A stretch of DNA of 64,000 nucleotides, taken from assembly GCF_025526975.1 (NCBI RefSeq), contig NW_026515673.1, forward strand, positions 434,001-498,000. The letters run 5' to 3'. How positions within the stretch are numbered: the stretch's first letter is position 1; each line of letters starts with the position of its first letter. Shown piece by piece: positions 10,401-24,018 of the stretch. The notes beneath the pieces were generated by a model, which did not search any database, was not told the DNA's origin, and saw only the letters and a list, made by a program, of their open reading frames with translations. The position numbers and the translations under genes are program-made. This DNA comes from Fimicolochytrium jonesii. Taxonomy: Eukaryota.

Positions 10401-13400
10401 ACGAATACCATAGAACGTAAGCATCATGAAGACATGCCCGAGCCAGGCGTTTTGATCCTTGTTGCAGCCAAAATCCACCGTACAGCTCTGTCGTCAGAGC
10501 TTCCTGCAACCGGAAACCATGGGCATGCGCTGAATCCAATGCCTCATCGTAATATCGGCGAGCGGCGGTAACGTTGCCAGCGATACGCTCCTAGAGAGAG
10601 GCTTTAGACTGCGGACTGACGAGCCACGAAGAAAGGAAGGCGCAAAGAAAGAAACACCCACCTTCTCTGCCGCTACCATCAGGAATTTACACATTATCTC
10701 ACTCGGAGGCTCTTCCGCATACCGTTTCACGATGGCGTACGCCTCATCGATCTCAGCTTGAAGAAGGGCTCTATCACGGTCTGGGCGATCCCACTCCCGT
10801 GCTGCAATCAAGGCTTGGAATACATAGAAGTCGATGTATCTAAGGAATATCGTGAGGCGAGATGAGTTTATGATCGAGCTGTGGGCCGTTCGACAAAAAT
10901 GCAAGAAATGAAGTACCTTGGAAGTCCGATATAGTGATTGGGACTATTCTCCTGTTTGTATTGCTCCAGGAGTGATCTTTGATCTTCCCGATCGTAAAGG
11001 TAGGCGTTTACCAGACGGTAGTAGTATACCATCGTGCGACTCATCCCCGTGGCCATGACATCGCGACGCTGGTAAACACATTCATTGCCAGTAGCCAGCG
11101 CCTCTAGCTCCGCCATTGTTCCCGCCCAGACGTTGAGAAAATAGCCTTTCATCTTCTCCATGAAAGGCCGGTGTCGTTCTTCCCAGTCTCTCCATGAGGA
11201 TGCCGGGCGACCGTATGACAACAGAATGCCGGGCCACGCCACCATTGCATAAATGAGCACGGAGTAATGTGCTGATTCCAAGCCCGACGTGATGCATCCG
11301 TCGATATTTGCTTCGAAGTCTTTAAAGGAGGCGACATACACGTAGCCATGCAGAGCAAGAGCAAGCCGTGCCCTCGCTTGAACCTCCGTACTTGCCCTGC
11401 CCAGAAGCGCAAAAACGAGCTCAGATAGCCACCGCATTCTGTTGAACCGTGGACCACCCCTAGCGGAGGTGAAGCTTCGAACGCTGTACGCAAACAAGAC
11501 AGAACTGTCCGGGCCTAAACCATTCTCCAATGCTCGAACACATCCCTGTGAAGATTCGTTAACAATTTCAAACCGGATAACAAATAGTGATAGCGCTCGC
11601 ATACCTTGAGATAGTAATACTGGGCTTGGCTGCTCAGCCCGAGGGAGTTTGCAGCGCCTCCAACATGGATGAGAATGATTTCGAGCCTTCCTGCCGTCGC
11701 ATCGGAGCAGCGAGGGGCAGACGCAACTTCCGCAACAGTACGCCCTTCAAGCAGCGTTTCCAACTTCGAGAACTCGATAGCAGCCAAGTCCTCAGCCTGC
11801 TGTTCGTTTTCAGGAGTAACTATTTGAAACGACTGAAGATCTTTTACGCCCATGCCGATGATATCGGTAAAGCGCCCTTGCACGTAGTATGCGATAACAA
11901 GCGTACTGTTAGCGATTAACTGATCCTTCGTCGACTTGGCTCGCTTGGCCATCCCGCGCAAGTGCATTTCCGCTTCGTCGTACAGTCCTTCCAAGATGGA
12001 TAATTGGGCAATGGCTAGGCAGGTATTAAACTTCAGCTCATATTGAGCATCCCACGCATTGCTATCATCTCCCAGAAGTCCTGCGGCAGTGTTCAGCATT
12101 CTTCGCGCCGCAAGCACTGATCCAGAACGTTTGACGCGGACGCCAGCCTCGTAATGCAGCCGGGCCGCATAATAGCGCTCCTCTGGATCTGTCAGCTTCT
12201 CCCAGATGCGGTTGTAGTGAGATACTACAGGGAATACGTTTTCCAGGACTTCTTCCTCCGTCATGGTCCGCCGAAGAACCCGCGCTATGTTGAGATGAGT
12301 AGCATCTCGCTCTTCCGCATCCATGAGGTTGTAGCATGCCTGATGCAGGCGGCTGTGACAGAACTGTGATGATGGGGAAAGCATATCAGGAAATGTATCG
12401 CAAATGAATATGGTCATTAGCGATGGGCCTTACCCTGTATGCCAGCACCATTTCACCCACAGACTGCCGTGAGTTCATGATCCCCAGAGACATAGACGAC
12501 CGATGGCCAAGACGCTGAGATGTTACAGAACCCGACGAACTCCGCGACATCGTTGAATTTCCGCGAATGAGCACTTCATTATGAGGCTGAGCTAGAATGA
12601 ATCCTTCTTTGACAGCCGGCCACAGGTCGGTGGCCAATTGCACAATGCTACTTTCCGATATGAGAGAAAGTAAACGAAGATCGAAGCCATCCCCGATGCA
12701 TGCTGATAAAGGGTTATGAAAAATAAGTGAATATGGGCAAGAATGCAGCTCAACAAGCGCTTCAAAGAAAGCTTACCTCCCTGCTGAAGTAGCTTCTGCG
12801 TCTCTGGGCTGAACTGCCTCAATCTCGTCAGGAGCAGCTCCGCCACATTATCGCTCAAGACAGACTGCCGATCCATCTCCTGTATGTCCCAAGACCACCC
12901 TCCAGCGACGTCATCAAAATAAAGGAGACCATGCTGTTCCCCGTAGCGTAAGAACTCGCGGATATGGAAAGGATTTCCCATTGTTTTTCGATAGAGTAAC
13001 GCAGCAAGCTGGTCAACATCCTCGACGGCTGGCTTCAGCGTATCGACCAAGATATCACGAATTCCCGACATTGGCAAGGGCCCGAGCTCAATCTTCCGCA
13101 ATCGCTGTGGCGCCTCAAACTGTATTCGCTGAACGGTTGGACCATATGCATTGCTCAGCGGGCCGCCACTGTGAGGCTGCGTCGCCACTATCAGCAGGTG
13201 TGAGATCTTTTTATCGAACAGAATAGCTTGAAGGAGTTTTTGCGAAGCTGCTTCTGCATACTGCATGGGATTGCACCATTAGCAAGGCTGACAGCGCTTC
13301 ATAGGGTAACAAATTCGAACAATTTTACCTGCAAATCGTCCAAAAATACCACTAACGGGTTCTCCACCTGAGCAAAAACTCCGATCAAAGCCTGCATGGC

Positions 13401-15495
13401 TCTGATGAAGGAGTTCTGCTCCGCCGATTGAGCATCAAACTGCTCCGTCGCGTCTTTTTGTGTTCCCACTATCATCTCCAAATCGGGCAAGACGTCGGTC
13501 ACTATGGAAAGGTAATTGGAACCTAGCGATGTCGTCAATTGAGATTGCCATCTTTCCAAGATCCTCGCCGGCTCGGATAGAAGCTGCCGAATCAGCATGT
13601 CAAGCGCTTCGACAAGTCCACCATATGGGCGATCGCCTTTGTATTGGGAGTATTGACCATGAACTGAACAGTAGAAATGAGCTTCCGAGCGGTCAGCCGA
13701 GTTCACTGTCAAGGGCACATACCGAAGAACCCGTTTTGTGCAATCACATGCTTCCTAAGATGGCTGATCAAGGAGCTCTTTCCTTCTCCACTAGACCCAA
13801 TGATGAGGCAAAGCTCGCTACGGCTCCGCCCGGTGGCAATATTGTGATACGCCGTCATCAGCTCTTTCATCTCCCTCTCGCGTCCATACAGCTTATCCGG
13901 AACGTTGAGGTTGTGCGAGTGATCCTTTTGACCAACTTGGAAATTGAACCCATCGAGTATCGCGATCACGTCCGCATCTGATAATCTGGATAGGGCAGAG
14001 ACTTTTCTTGACGCTTTCTCCTTCTGGAGTTGGTGGAAACATTGCATGAGATCCCAGCGGAGCCCGGCGCTCGACTGATAGCGAGTTTCAGGTGCTTTGC
14101 TGGCAAGCTGTTAAAAAAAACAAAAAGGTCAACAGGAAAAAAAGATGCAGCAGTACATGCCACTCCTCCCACTCAACATACCCGCATGACAATGTCCACG
14201 AATATTTGCGGGATTGCGTCGTTATAAAGTCGAGGCGACTCGACCTCCTTCGCCAAATGAGCATGCACGTACTCCTACAAAGCCACAGATAATGAGCGAC
14301 TTTGTATATATCCCACAAAGCCTTGCAATCAGACGCTTGCTTACCGTGGCATCTTCGAACTGAAATGGAGGTTGTCCGACCAGAACCTCCCACAGCGTGA
14401 GTCCCAGACTATAGAAATCTGCAGCCCCAGGGAATTGTCAGAATTCTTGCGACACCCTGCGTCCCCAGTCGACGGCAATTCCTCACCTGTCCTATAATCG
14501 ACAATTCGTTGCATTCGCCCTGTTTGCTCTGGGGACATGTAGGCAAGAGTGCCTTCGAGGTAACCCCTCGTCATCTGATTCCCCATGTCTGTGACTTCAG
14601 ACAGATTGAAGTCAATCAGCTGGACGCCCAAATGTGGGCCTGTCCTTTTCACCACGATATTGTCGGGGTTGATATCCTTATGCATGACTTGTGCGGCATG
14701 CACAATCTCAAGAGCCTCCGCTAGCTGCGTCGCTATGCTCAAAAACTCCTCCAGTCCAATCTGCCGGTTTTTGCGACTAAACTTCTCACGACTGCCATCT
14801 TTGAATTTGGGTCCCCCATTTCCAGCGTCGCTGTCCGCCGCTGACCCAGGAACTGATGAGTTTCCTGGCCTGCTGCTCTCAGTAGGCTTTGATAGGGCGA
14901 ATTCTCTCAGAGATACGCCCCCATAATCTTCCAACACTAGTATCAACTGCCCGTTGAGATCTTCTACCGAAATTGGCTTGATGACTCTATCCGACAGTGC
15001 CCCTTCTATGGATTCGTGGGTCAAGCTGGTGCTCCGCGGCCTCCGCCCGGTCGTAAAACCTTTGCGTTCAGATGGTGGCGGAGGTGTAGGACCCGAACTG
15101 TACATGTGTTGCTCCTCGGTGACGGCTTCTAGTTGCTGACAGCGTGATTGCTGGGTATTTGATGAGAATGATGGAGAACCGGACCCCTGCCCAGACGCCT
15201 TATAGTAATGGTATCGCGGAGATTGCGTCGAATGACCCCCGCTTGATTTGCTAACTCCAGACCCTTTCGTCCTCGATGCTTCGAGTTCCGCGAGGTTGGC
15301 ATGGATATGTTTCAGTAATTCGTACTCGTGCTTGAGTTTGATATTCTCTTCCTCGTCGTAGAAAGCATTCCCTTTGCATATCACGGTTTCATTTGGATTG
15401 TCATTTCGCCGCGCCCGTTGGATAATAAGCGAAGTGCGTGAATTGTAATGGAGCACCGTCGCATTTGTAAATCCAGGGAGCTTTATGCTGTCCAT
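7492..15495 (-). CDS. Ser/Thr kinase - AAA/STAND ATPase - helical region - GAF - class I cyclic-nucleotide phosphodiesterase fusion protein (multi-exon)
   Basis: Kinase: HKDINPDNI, LIDFNLS, GTLAYMSPEQTGRM..DYRT|DFYSLG. Walker A GSSGEGKS, Walker B LVVFLDDLQ, GNPFHIREFL. GAF: DLDLTTVLKVTQSI..KSILCCPI..VVYLEN..IENAKL. PDE: YHNSSHGADVLQ, HDVDHPG|LNNNFL, SVLEFHH, AT|DMSQHF, IKCADLNN, EFFLQ|GDRE, CQIGFIDVLVVPLF. GT-AG junctions checked in the kinase C-lobe and PDE join in frame. Confidence 0.88.
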
Positions 15496-16333
15496 GTTGG
15501 CAGTTGACCCTCCGCGGTGTTCATGTAGGGTGAAAATTAACGAGTTTTGGATAGAGAAGAGGAATCCCTCGTAATGAATTCGTGAGGAGAGCTACGAGAG
15601 GCGTATCATGCAGTATTGGCTCCTTTGATTAGCACCCCTCACCCTTGGTATTCTTCCCAAACTGGAAAAGGGTTACGTCTGTTTTTCGGAACCGGTCGGT
15701 TTGAAGTTTGGACCACTTCCTGCCCTGCTTACGCGATGGTCGATTGAGCGTTGCGTTAATAGCAGCCTCCCGAAAGCGGACTACGTTTTGGTGTATTGGT
15801 CTGCGACCCGAAATGAAAAGCTGACGCCGGGCTGCGACCGGAGGGAGATGCGAAGGGGACAATATGGAAGGGACGATATCTTAATTCCGCTTCTGCCGAA
15901 AAAGATCGAGAAGGGTATATGTATGGGCTCTGGAGACGCCTGAAATCGAACTCGCACTAGAGTTTCTTGCTCTACGCTTTGCTGCGAAATCCAATCGACC
16001 ATGGAACACTTGTGAGGGAAGGTTCCACGTAACGCAATTAACGTTTTGCGCCGTATCGCAGAACGCAGAAAATGCGGTAATGGGGGCGGAGTTGCACATT
16101 CTCACGCGTTCCCCCTTACCCTTACTTACCCCATGCTCAGCGGTTCATGACAAGAGTTCACGTGCTACAAGTTATTTGTGTTTATGTATGTAGCTCGTAC
16201 TTTCTACGCGTGACAAGGCGTGAACTTGTTTACGTAGTTTACTCGTTTATTGACCGTATAAAAGGTCAGCATTGCATGGCGTTTAGGGTTTTAGTATTTG
16301 AACAGCTTTCTTCGTCGAGATCATCCAGCAATA

Positions 16334-17802
16334 ATGGCATCTTCACTCCCACCCACCTTCCGAAAGTACGTCGTTCATACGCTTTCCACCGACTTCAACA
16401 AGGCAACAAGGCTGGAAACGTTGAAGGTGAATTTTGAAGCCTTGGGACTTGTCTCCTGTTTGGGAAAGTTCCCAAGTCCGACTGTTGTATTGACCTTGTT
16501 GAGTATCCCATCAGACGGCGGACGTTTTGGCCTCGATTCCACCCACTCACGTGGTCATCAAGCATCATTACTGGGCGATCAACGCCAGCGATATCAACTA
16601 TACGGCTGGGAGATATGATCCCACTAAGAAGCCGTACGTTGCAATTCAACCTTTGTTTTTCTATCAACAGAGGCCAGCGATAGCGGGCAGATGTGGACTT
16701 CGGATACCTTTCTTTTGACATGACTCTCATTAAGTTTCTGATTGCCCGTGTACAGGCCCTTTGACACTGGATTTGAGGCCGTTGGCGAGATCGTTGCCGT
16801 CGGTAGCGCCGTCAAGGGTTACAAAGTTGGCCAACCGGTCGCCGTCGCCTCCTACGGTGCCTTCACAGAAATCCAAGTGATAGATTACCGCATGGTTATC
16901 CCCGTTCCATCCCTCCGCCCCGACTTCTTGCCACTCTTGGTTTCGGGACTCACATCTTACCTTGCACTGAAGCACCAAGGTCAGATGACGACGGGGGAAA
17001 CCGTGCTTGTGACAGCCGCAGCTGGCGGAGCTGGCCAGATTGCCGTCCAGCTGGCGAAGAGGGCGGGCAACCATGTCATTGGAACATGTTCTTCTGACGC
17101 GAAAGCGGAGATGCTGAAGAAGCTCGGGTGCGATCGGGTCATCAACTACAAAACGGAGAACGTGAAGCAGGTCATCAGGAAACACTACCCGAGGGGCGTG
17201 GACATCGTGTATGAATCCGTCGGTGGTCAGATGCTGCAGGACTGTGTGTCTTGTTTAGGGCAGAAAGGAAGGCTCATCGTCATTGGATCCATCTCGAACT
17301 ACGCCTCATCGGAATCGAATCCAGAGGACACGAAGGGAGATGGAAAGAAGAAGGTTTTTGCGACTGGGTTCGGCGAGGACGCTGTCTCTACTGTTGCCTT
17401 GTTGAACAAGAGCGCCACCGTGGCGGGATTTTTCTTCCCGCATTATGCGAAGGAGTACCCTGCGGCTTTGAGGGATCTGTTCAAGTTCGTGGATGAGAAA
17501 ACTTTGACGCCTGTCGTCGATATGGTTGACTTTGAGGGGGTGAGTGGAGATTCTTGTGGTTCTTTTTGCGTGATCCAGAGCCATTGTCGACCTTTGTCTC
17601 ATCCTTGTGATTCATGCATTTCCTGTGCGTGCCAGATAACATCAATTCCTGATGCCATCCACTATCTTCACGTAAGTCAATTACCGTTCTCACATTGGTT
17701 TTCACCGCATCCTCACATCTTTGCATTTTACAGTCTGGTAAAAACATGGGCAAGGTCGTCGTCCCGCTAATCCGATCAGACAAGCAAAAGTCACATCTGT
17801 GA
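16334..17802 (+). CDS. MDR-family NADP oxidoreductase, prostaglandin reductase 3/ZADH2-like, with C-terminal PTS1
   Basis: INASDINYTAGRY, PFDTGFEAVGEIV, VLVTAAAGGAGQIAVQLAK, GVDIVYESVGG, SGKNMGKVVV. Ends in SHL* (PTS1-like). Confidence 0.88.
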
Positions 17803-18171
17803 TCTCAAGTCGTCATAGCCCTTAGCTATAGGAATGCTCCTAAATCTTGCTAGAAATCACTCGAACATCTAGGACGTTGTCCTCTCGTTGTTTTCTTTTC
17901 TCGATAGTGTATTACATGACATTACAGAGGTTGACGCACGAACATGATTCCGACCGGCGAAACTATGTAGGATGGGTACTAATATAGCATAGACAGATGA
18001 GGAGGACGGGAGTCGAGGAAGCCGTGATGTACGCCGCGCAGTAAAATGTGATGGGGAGGGTCTCTGTATACCCAATATCTAAATAGTGCGGTCGTGACGT
18101 CTACGATTGTAACGACGACAGGATTCTACTAAAATCTACAAAGCTTGGTGAATTGTTTTCGATGCGCAGCC

Positions 18172-19149
18172 TTAGAGGTAAAGTGCGGATGCACCGAGAA
18201 TCAGAGCAGCCAGTGCAGCCACCATCGTCGACTCCTTGCCGCTGCTGGCCATGGCACCCGCCTTCACGACCTGCGTCCCTGTGTTTTTAGGCGGGTTCCA
18301 TCCACTTGGTGGCTTTGCCCCCGCATCGCTGAACTTGATGTCCTTCTTCGACTCCATACAGTACCCGCCGACAATGTTCTGACCACCAGTCTCGGCGCCC
18401 ATGAACCCACACTTGTCGTCCTTATATCCAATCAAGCTCGTGAACTGGCAGTTATTGCATGCCGAGTCGCACCAGTCCTCCACGTAAGCGCTGCCGTCGA
18501 TTTGGCAGGATACTTTCATGTACCGGTTGAGTGGCGCACCCGGGTAGCTTGTGCGAGATCGCTCACCCATGCGGCAGTGTCCGTCGGCAAGGTAGGCGGT
18601 ACGGAACCATGTGTTTTGCACCTGATTGACGTTTTTGCACGTGGGGACTCCGATGGAGTTGTCGTATTCGGTTGCTGATGAGATACAGCATTAGAACCCT
18701 GAGAGGCGAAGGATCTCCCGATATAGAGACGGGACTTACCAATCAAATACGGCTGTCCAAAGTTTGTTGTGTTTGGGAAAAACGGAAAAGCGGCGTTGTT
18801 TTCCACTTCATTCTTCGTGGAGCTGACACACTCCGACATTGACGAGTTGGCACCTTTATCGGCCTGGTAATTGATTCCAGAGTCACAGGGTACGAGATGG
18901 AGGTTCTCGCAGGTGCCCTGAGTCCACGGGTCCCGGTTTTGGTCGACAGCCCATTGAACGGTTACCGGTTGGCCTACAAGTTGCAATTAGTATTGGCAGA
19001 AGGAGAGTCTGTGCCGTTTGTCGGAAGCGGTGTGCGCTCTATATTCACTTACCACGGCATGTGTCGTCGTCGAACCAGGAAATTCGCTTGACGGAGGCGA
19101 CAGCGCCTTGAATGGTCGCGGCTGCGACGAGGAACTGCAATGCGTACAT
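18172..19149 (-). CDS. Secreted Cys-rich, probably GPI-anchored protein of unknown function
   Basis: Signal-like MYALQFLVAAATIQGAVA, many Cys, hydrophobic C-terminus AGAMASSG..VAALAALILGASALYL*, GT-AG introns. Confidence 0.65.
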
Positions 19150-20736
19150 TTGGATGAGGTGCCTCTGCTAACTAGTTCTTTCTTGGTGCTGCCACGGTTT
19201 AGTCAAGAGGTCGTTGTATAGCTGCTTGGCCACACAGACCGTTACTGGGTTGTTTTTCAAAGCGAAGTGTGAGATCGCTCGCTGCCCAAAGTGCCAATGG
19301 CGAAAACGGCGGTCCGCAATGTTTCCAGCCCAATGAGCCCAAATTTTCGCCCTTCAAATTCCCGCATGCGTGATAACCCAAAACATTATAGGCAAACAGC
19401 CTCACGTGTCGACACGTACCGCCGGTATCAAATATTGACGGCGGATTGACGGGCAGACCTCCGACTCATGCCCAGTCTACGCTCATGTCCAGTCTACGTA
19501 TATTGTACAGTAATCTTTTGAACCAGATGGCGAATGGAAGAGCGGTCAGTGCGAAGTTGCATCTTCCCTCGGCAGAGCAGCCGTTTCCAAGGCTGAACCA
19601 CGATCCCCATAATGTGCTGCTATCTCACTCGATCACTTAAGGAGATGCCTTCCAGACTTCCAGAGGACAGTCCTATCGCTCGCTTGGAAAGGAGAGCCCG
19701 TCTTCGAACACCAGATCTTGGGATTGAGAGAGTCTCCGTTCAGTTTGAGGGCACCGACATGAGTAGACACAGGACACAGAACGCCGTAGGCTTACATGTA
19801 CATGTCCTGCTTCAAATAGCAGTATATGCATGTAGTCCCCATAGCGTACAGTGATTTATTCTCCCACGCGGCCCGGAGACGGGCTACTTGGACAGCTTGG
19901 AGGTTGCGAAGTGGGACCGGGCGACGTTATGTAACCCGCACTTTACAACTAGAGGATTGCGGAGCGGCTCCATTGGCAAGCACCGCTCCGCTTAGCAACC
20001 GCAGCGTTATGATGTCCTTCATGTCGACTCAATGCCGACTCCAGCACAGACTGACACATGTTCCTTCGTGGACGGTCAGCAATAATAAAAATACAAATAA
20101 AGAATACATAAAGAATCAGACTTAAAATTCAATTAAGCGACCTCTGAGCCCGTCTGAGCCCGTGGGAACATTGGAGATGGAACGGCAATCTTCTCACTAT
20201 TCCCAATTCCCCTTTTCCGAGTCTTGTTCACCGCTCAGTTCCTCTCTAAACTCGACCTGCTTTTGGAAAACCTCATAACCTGCAAGCTGAGTTTTTCATA
20301 AGTCGAGTACGTACTATATGGCTTCTGTATAGTGGAGGAATGGCATTGAAGCCACAGCCGTCGCTAACTCACAGACGTAGGGCCTCATCTCGTTCGCTTT
20401 TGGGCGCGTGCGCTAGTTTTTGTTTCGAGAAACATCGCGATGACGGGTGTGGATTTGTCAAGCTGTGGAGGGTTTCGGCGCCAAAGGTATGGGGAAAGGG
20501 TTCAGCCTGAGCATTGGTGGCCTGCAAAGGCAAACTTTCCTCTTGCATACTAGTGCTGGCCCTTTTGAAGTGCATTCTGCACCGGAAGGCACTCTTTCCC
20601 ATGATTTCGACGTGAATGTGAGTGCCTTTGCTCCCGAAGGAATCGCTGTCCACACATGGGTCTCACGAAACTATCTCCTGAAATCCTGCTATAGACGCCA
20701 AGCTTTGCTCGCAACGGAGGGGTCCACTCGCATGCC

Positions 20737-23700
20737 ATGCTCCCCATATACCACGACTCTCGCCGGCGCTCGTCGGTCTTCTCGAATGCCGATCTGCTGG
20801 CGTTCAATGACCTCCACGTCTTTCATTCAAAGCGGGGCGAGTCTACAAGAAGGTCTTCACTCCAATCCCAGCACGGGGAAGCCGACGACACGCACCACAG
20901 CCCATTCATGGTTCCCAGCTATATACCTACTGCGCGCAACGTAGTCATGTCGTCGCCGACTGCTCCACAACGACGGGAAATGCTACTGCGAAGCCCTCCG
21001 CTGCCCGCGATTGTCCAAAGCTACCATTTTCCTCCCATGCCACCTCGAGCTCGAGAATCGCAACCATGGAAGCATATGTCTGGCCACTGGCAACGAGCTG
21101 GATACTGCTCATCTCCTCATGCTTCTGGTATCGACCCTACGGTCCTTCTCGTGCCCACGTTCAAGCCTCAGCCAATGTTACCTTCGTCCCCACGCTCGAT
21201 GAGCAGCTCGCCATTAGGCAAGCAGTACTGCAAGGATGAGGGAACTGTCGGGCCAGCGGAGCATGATGGATCTGAGGAGTCTCACTTCATGTTGGATGAG
21301 GGAAGCGTCTGCTCCAGTGATGATGAATTCGACAGGCGTTTGGCCATATTGCTCTCGTCACCACCACCGCAGAGCCCATTCTCTGAGAGCAGGACTCCGC
21401 AGCGGGAGGAAGCCGAGATCCAGGACGATCAGCCAGGTGATCTCCAATCCGACTACGCTCGCGACATGAAGGTTCCTCTTCCCCTTCACTCTGATGACGC
21501 CTTCACGTCGAGAATGAAAGAACCCATTGAATGCGGCCAAGATCATCCCGCCCACCAAGCTAGGCTTTCTGAATCGGACCTCGTCATACCTATCGCCAAC
21601 CAGGAGGATGTTTCGGCTGGTTCGGATGTCTCGGAGGAAGATTGCGGTACAACTGACGATTGCGACTCGGATATGTCCACGTACTGTGGTCGCCTTCCCT
21701 TTGATAGGATTTGGTACCTAAATTAACGCATGTCACTTTGAAGACGAGCATTGCCTAACCGATCTTTTCTTTTCAGCACGAATGTAGTCCAGTCTCTCGA
21801 AACCTCGGCGAATGAATGCACCATCCTTGTCACGCAACCGTCGGCCGTTCAGAAATCTTACGGAGATGAGAAGCGGTAAATTGACATTGGAAAAGTTTCT
21901 AGGGAAGGGAACATCGACTAATCATCCCGTCCTGCTTGAATCAGATTCTTCGTGTCACCTATCTGTCGATTGACTGGTACGGGATGGCATCTAGACGGTC
22001 TTACCCATGAGGACGTTGAGATTCGCATCTCCACTGTACACCCAACTTTCTGCCGCAAAACTGGCCATCTAGGTGGCTTCCAAGACAAAGATCACTCTGC
22101 CAAAACAAAGCGTACTGGTCAAGGTGACGATGACGACATGGGGCGCCTAGCTTCTTCTGCAGGCCTGAAGGGAGTGCTGGAGCGCTCCGTTCAGAAGCTC
22201 GATCGTCTCAGTCGGACCCCCACTTCTACGAACGGCCGAGGCAAATATGTCGTCGTTGGGGTCTTTAATAAAGTGCACATCGCCGATTCTGAGAGTCGAA
22301 AAGCTGTTCCGCTGTATTACCAGGTACTGTGGGTAATATACGCGAGTATTCTGGCGTTCGAACTCACTTTGGTGTCGCGCGCAGGTCAAGACTCCAACTG
22401 GACAGTTTCTGTACCATGCCAGGCCCATCACAAAGATCTCCAAACCGTCCAAGAAGAAGCTGACTCATGGATCTCAGCGTATGTACTATGTGACATCGAC
22501 ATTGCAATTGTTGTCGCGGCAGTCTGAAGACGAACTATCTTCCGCGCAGTTCTCATCACGTCGGGCTCGACATTGACCCTATTCAATCGCGAGAAGAGTC
22601 AAACCGGCATTTCGAGGTTCCTAGGCGTCGATATCGACACCTGCCTACCCAGGCCGTGCCCAGCGACCTCACAGTTTTTCGTTTGGGACAATTGGGTCAT
22701 CTTCAGGGCTGATGACCCAAGAATGCTTGGGAGATATTCGCCGCCTGTAGACGTACACCGTTATGGCAGGCTTGGCACGGAAGAATCCGGAGAGCTTCTG
22801 TGGAATCCGAAGAGAGCCCGTGATAATCTCAGCCCCTCCGCTCAAACACCCAGAGCTGGTAAGCTGCGGAGTCTTCTTCAGGTCTCTCGAAACTTTCGCT
22901 ACAACGCTGATTCGAACCATAACGGCCAAGATCTCAACACAACTGGCTTGTCGCCACTAATAGTACATTATGGTGACAAGATCGTGCTGCAGCATTGCGC
23001 CACCGGCGCGATGCTGCGACCGATGTGTATCCGCAAACTCGAGAATCGGACCAGGGCCATTATTGAGACCTCGGAATATCTTGGTAATTTTCCATCGCTT
23101 TGTGCACAACGAAACGTTATCAAGGCAATGACGTTGTTATTCTGAAGGTGGTAACAAGGCATCATGCGCTGAGCCTGTAGCTCCACTGCACAAAGTTGCG
23201 TTTCAAATCTACGAGCACACCGGACAGTATCTGTCAGTACAGCGAGATGAGGACGACGAAGCCTCCGTTCAAATTCAATGTACTTCGCTGTCTCGTGCAA
23301 CCGACGGTCCCTCTTCGGCGAAGACTGGCACGCGCCGCAAACAAAGACACAACGATGACACCGAGGAAGACGACGATGATGAGCGTGGTGCCACCGTTGA
23401 GCAACGCAAACGACGTAGATGCGCCGGGCGAGCAACGAAAGTTACCAATCGAGGAAAGCCGAGTGTCCCCAAAATGAAAGGCGGAAAGATGATTGATGAT
23501 GTTGGGGATGCATGCGTATGGACTTTAGTTGCAACTGGTAAGTCTCCCATATGATTCATCGCAATGGAAAAAAGACGAGCGTTAGCTACCTGTTACCCTT
23601 CCTCCATCCATATCGCCCCTCCCCTGGGGATTCACGTTTTCCAGAGCATACAGAGACGACTTTCGTCCTGCCAAAGCTGACCCGAGAAGATCGCAAGCTA

Positions 23701-24018
23701 CTCTCTCTCCCACTCAGTGACCCCGGCCACCAGCATCCTCTACTTTCAGCAATCTCGCCTGTCCCCACCATCTACGACACCTGCATGTCTCCGGATACGA
23801 CAAAGCTCTTTCTCTTCGGTGAAAACTTCGATCAGAACATCTGGGTCTTCCTTGGACGTGAGCCGGCGAAACATTTGAAAATCGAAAGTGACGCTCTTCT
23901 TGTCTGCTGGTTCCCGTCAAAGCTCAAGAAAAGGACGGGACGGACTGACACGCAACCTATCTTGATTGCGCGGGACGACGGTGTCGTTTTTCGGACCGGC
24001 AGATGTGCTCAACTGTGA
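20737..24018 (+). CDS. CSL (CBF1/Su(H)/LAG-1) family transcription factor, fungal type
   Basis: AVQKSYGDEKR|FF, LTLFNREKSQT..RFLGV, WDNWVIF, VHYGDKIVLQHCATG..PMCIRKLE, DACVWTLVAT, PVPTI..LFGENF..IWVFLG, PILIARDDGVVF (NTD, beta-trefoil and IPT). Long disordered N-terminus; start uncertain. Confidence 0.88.
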
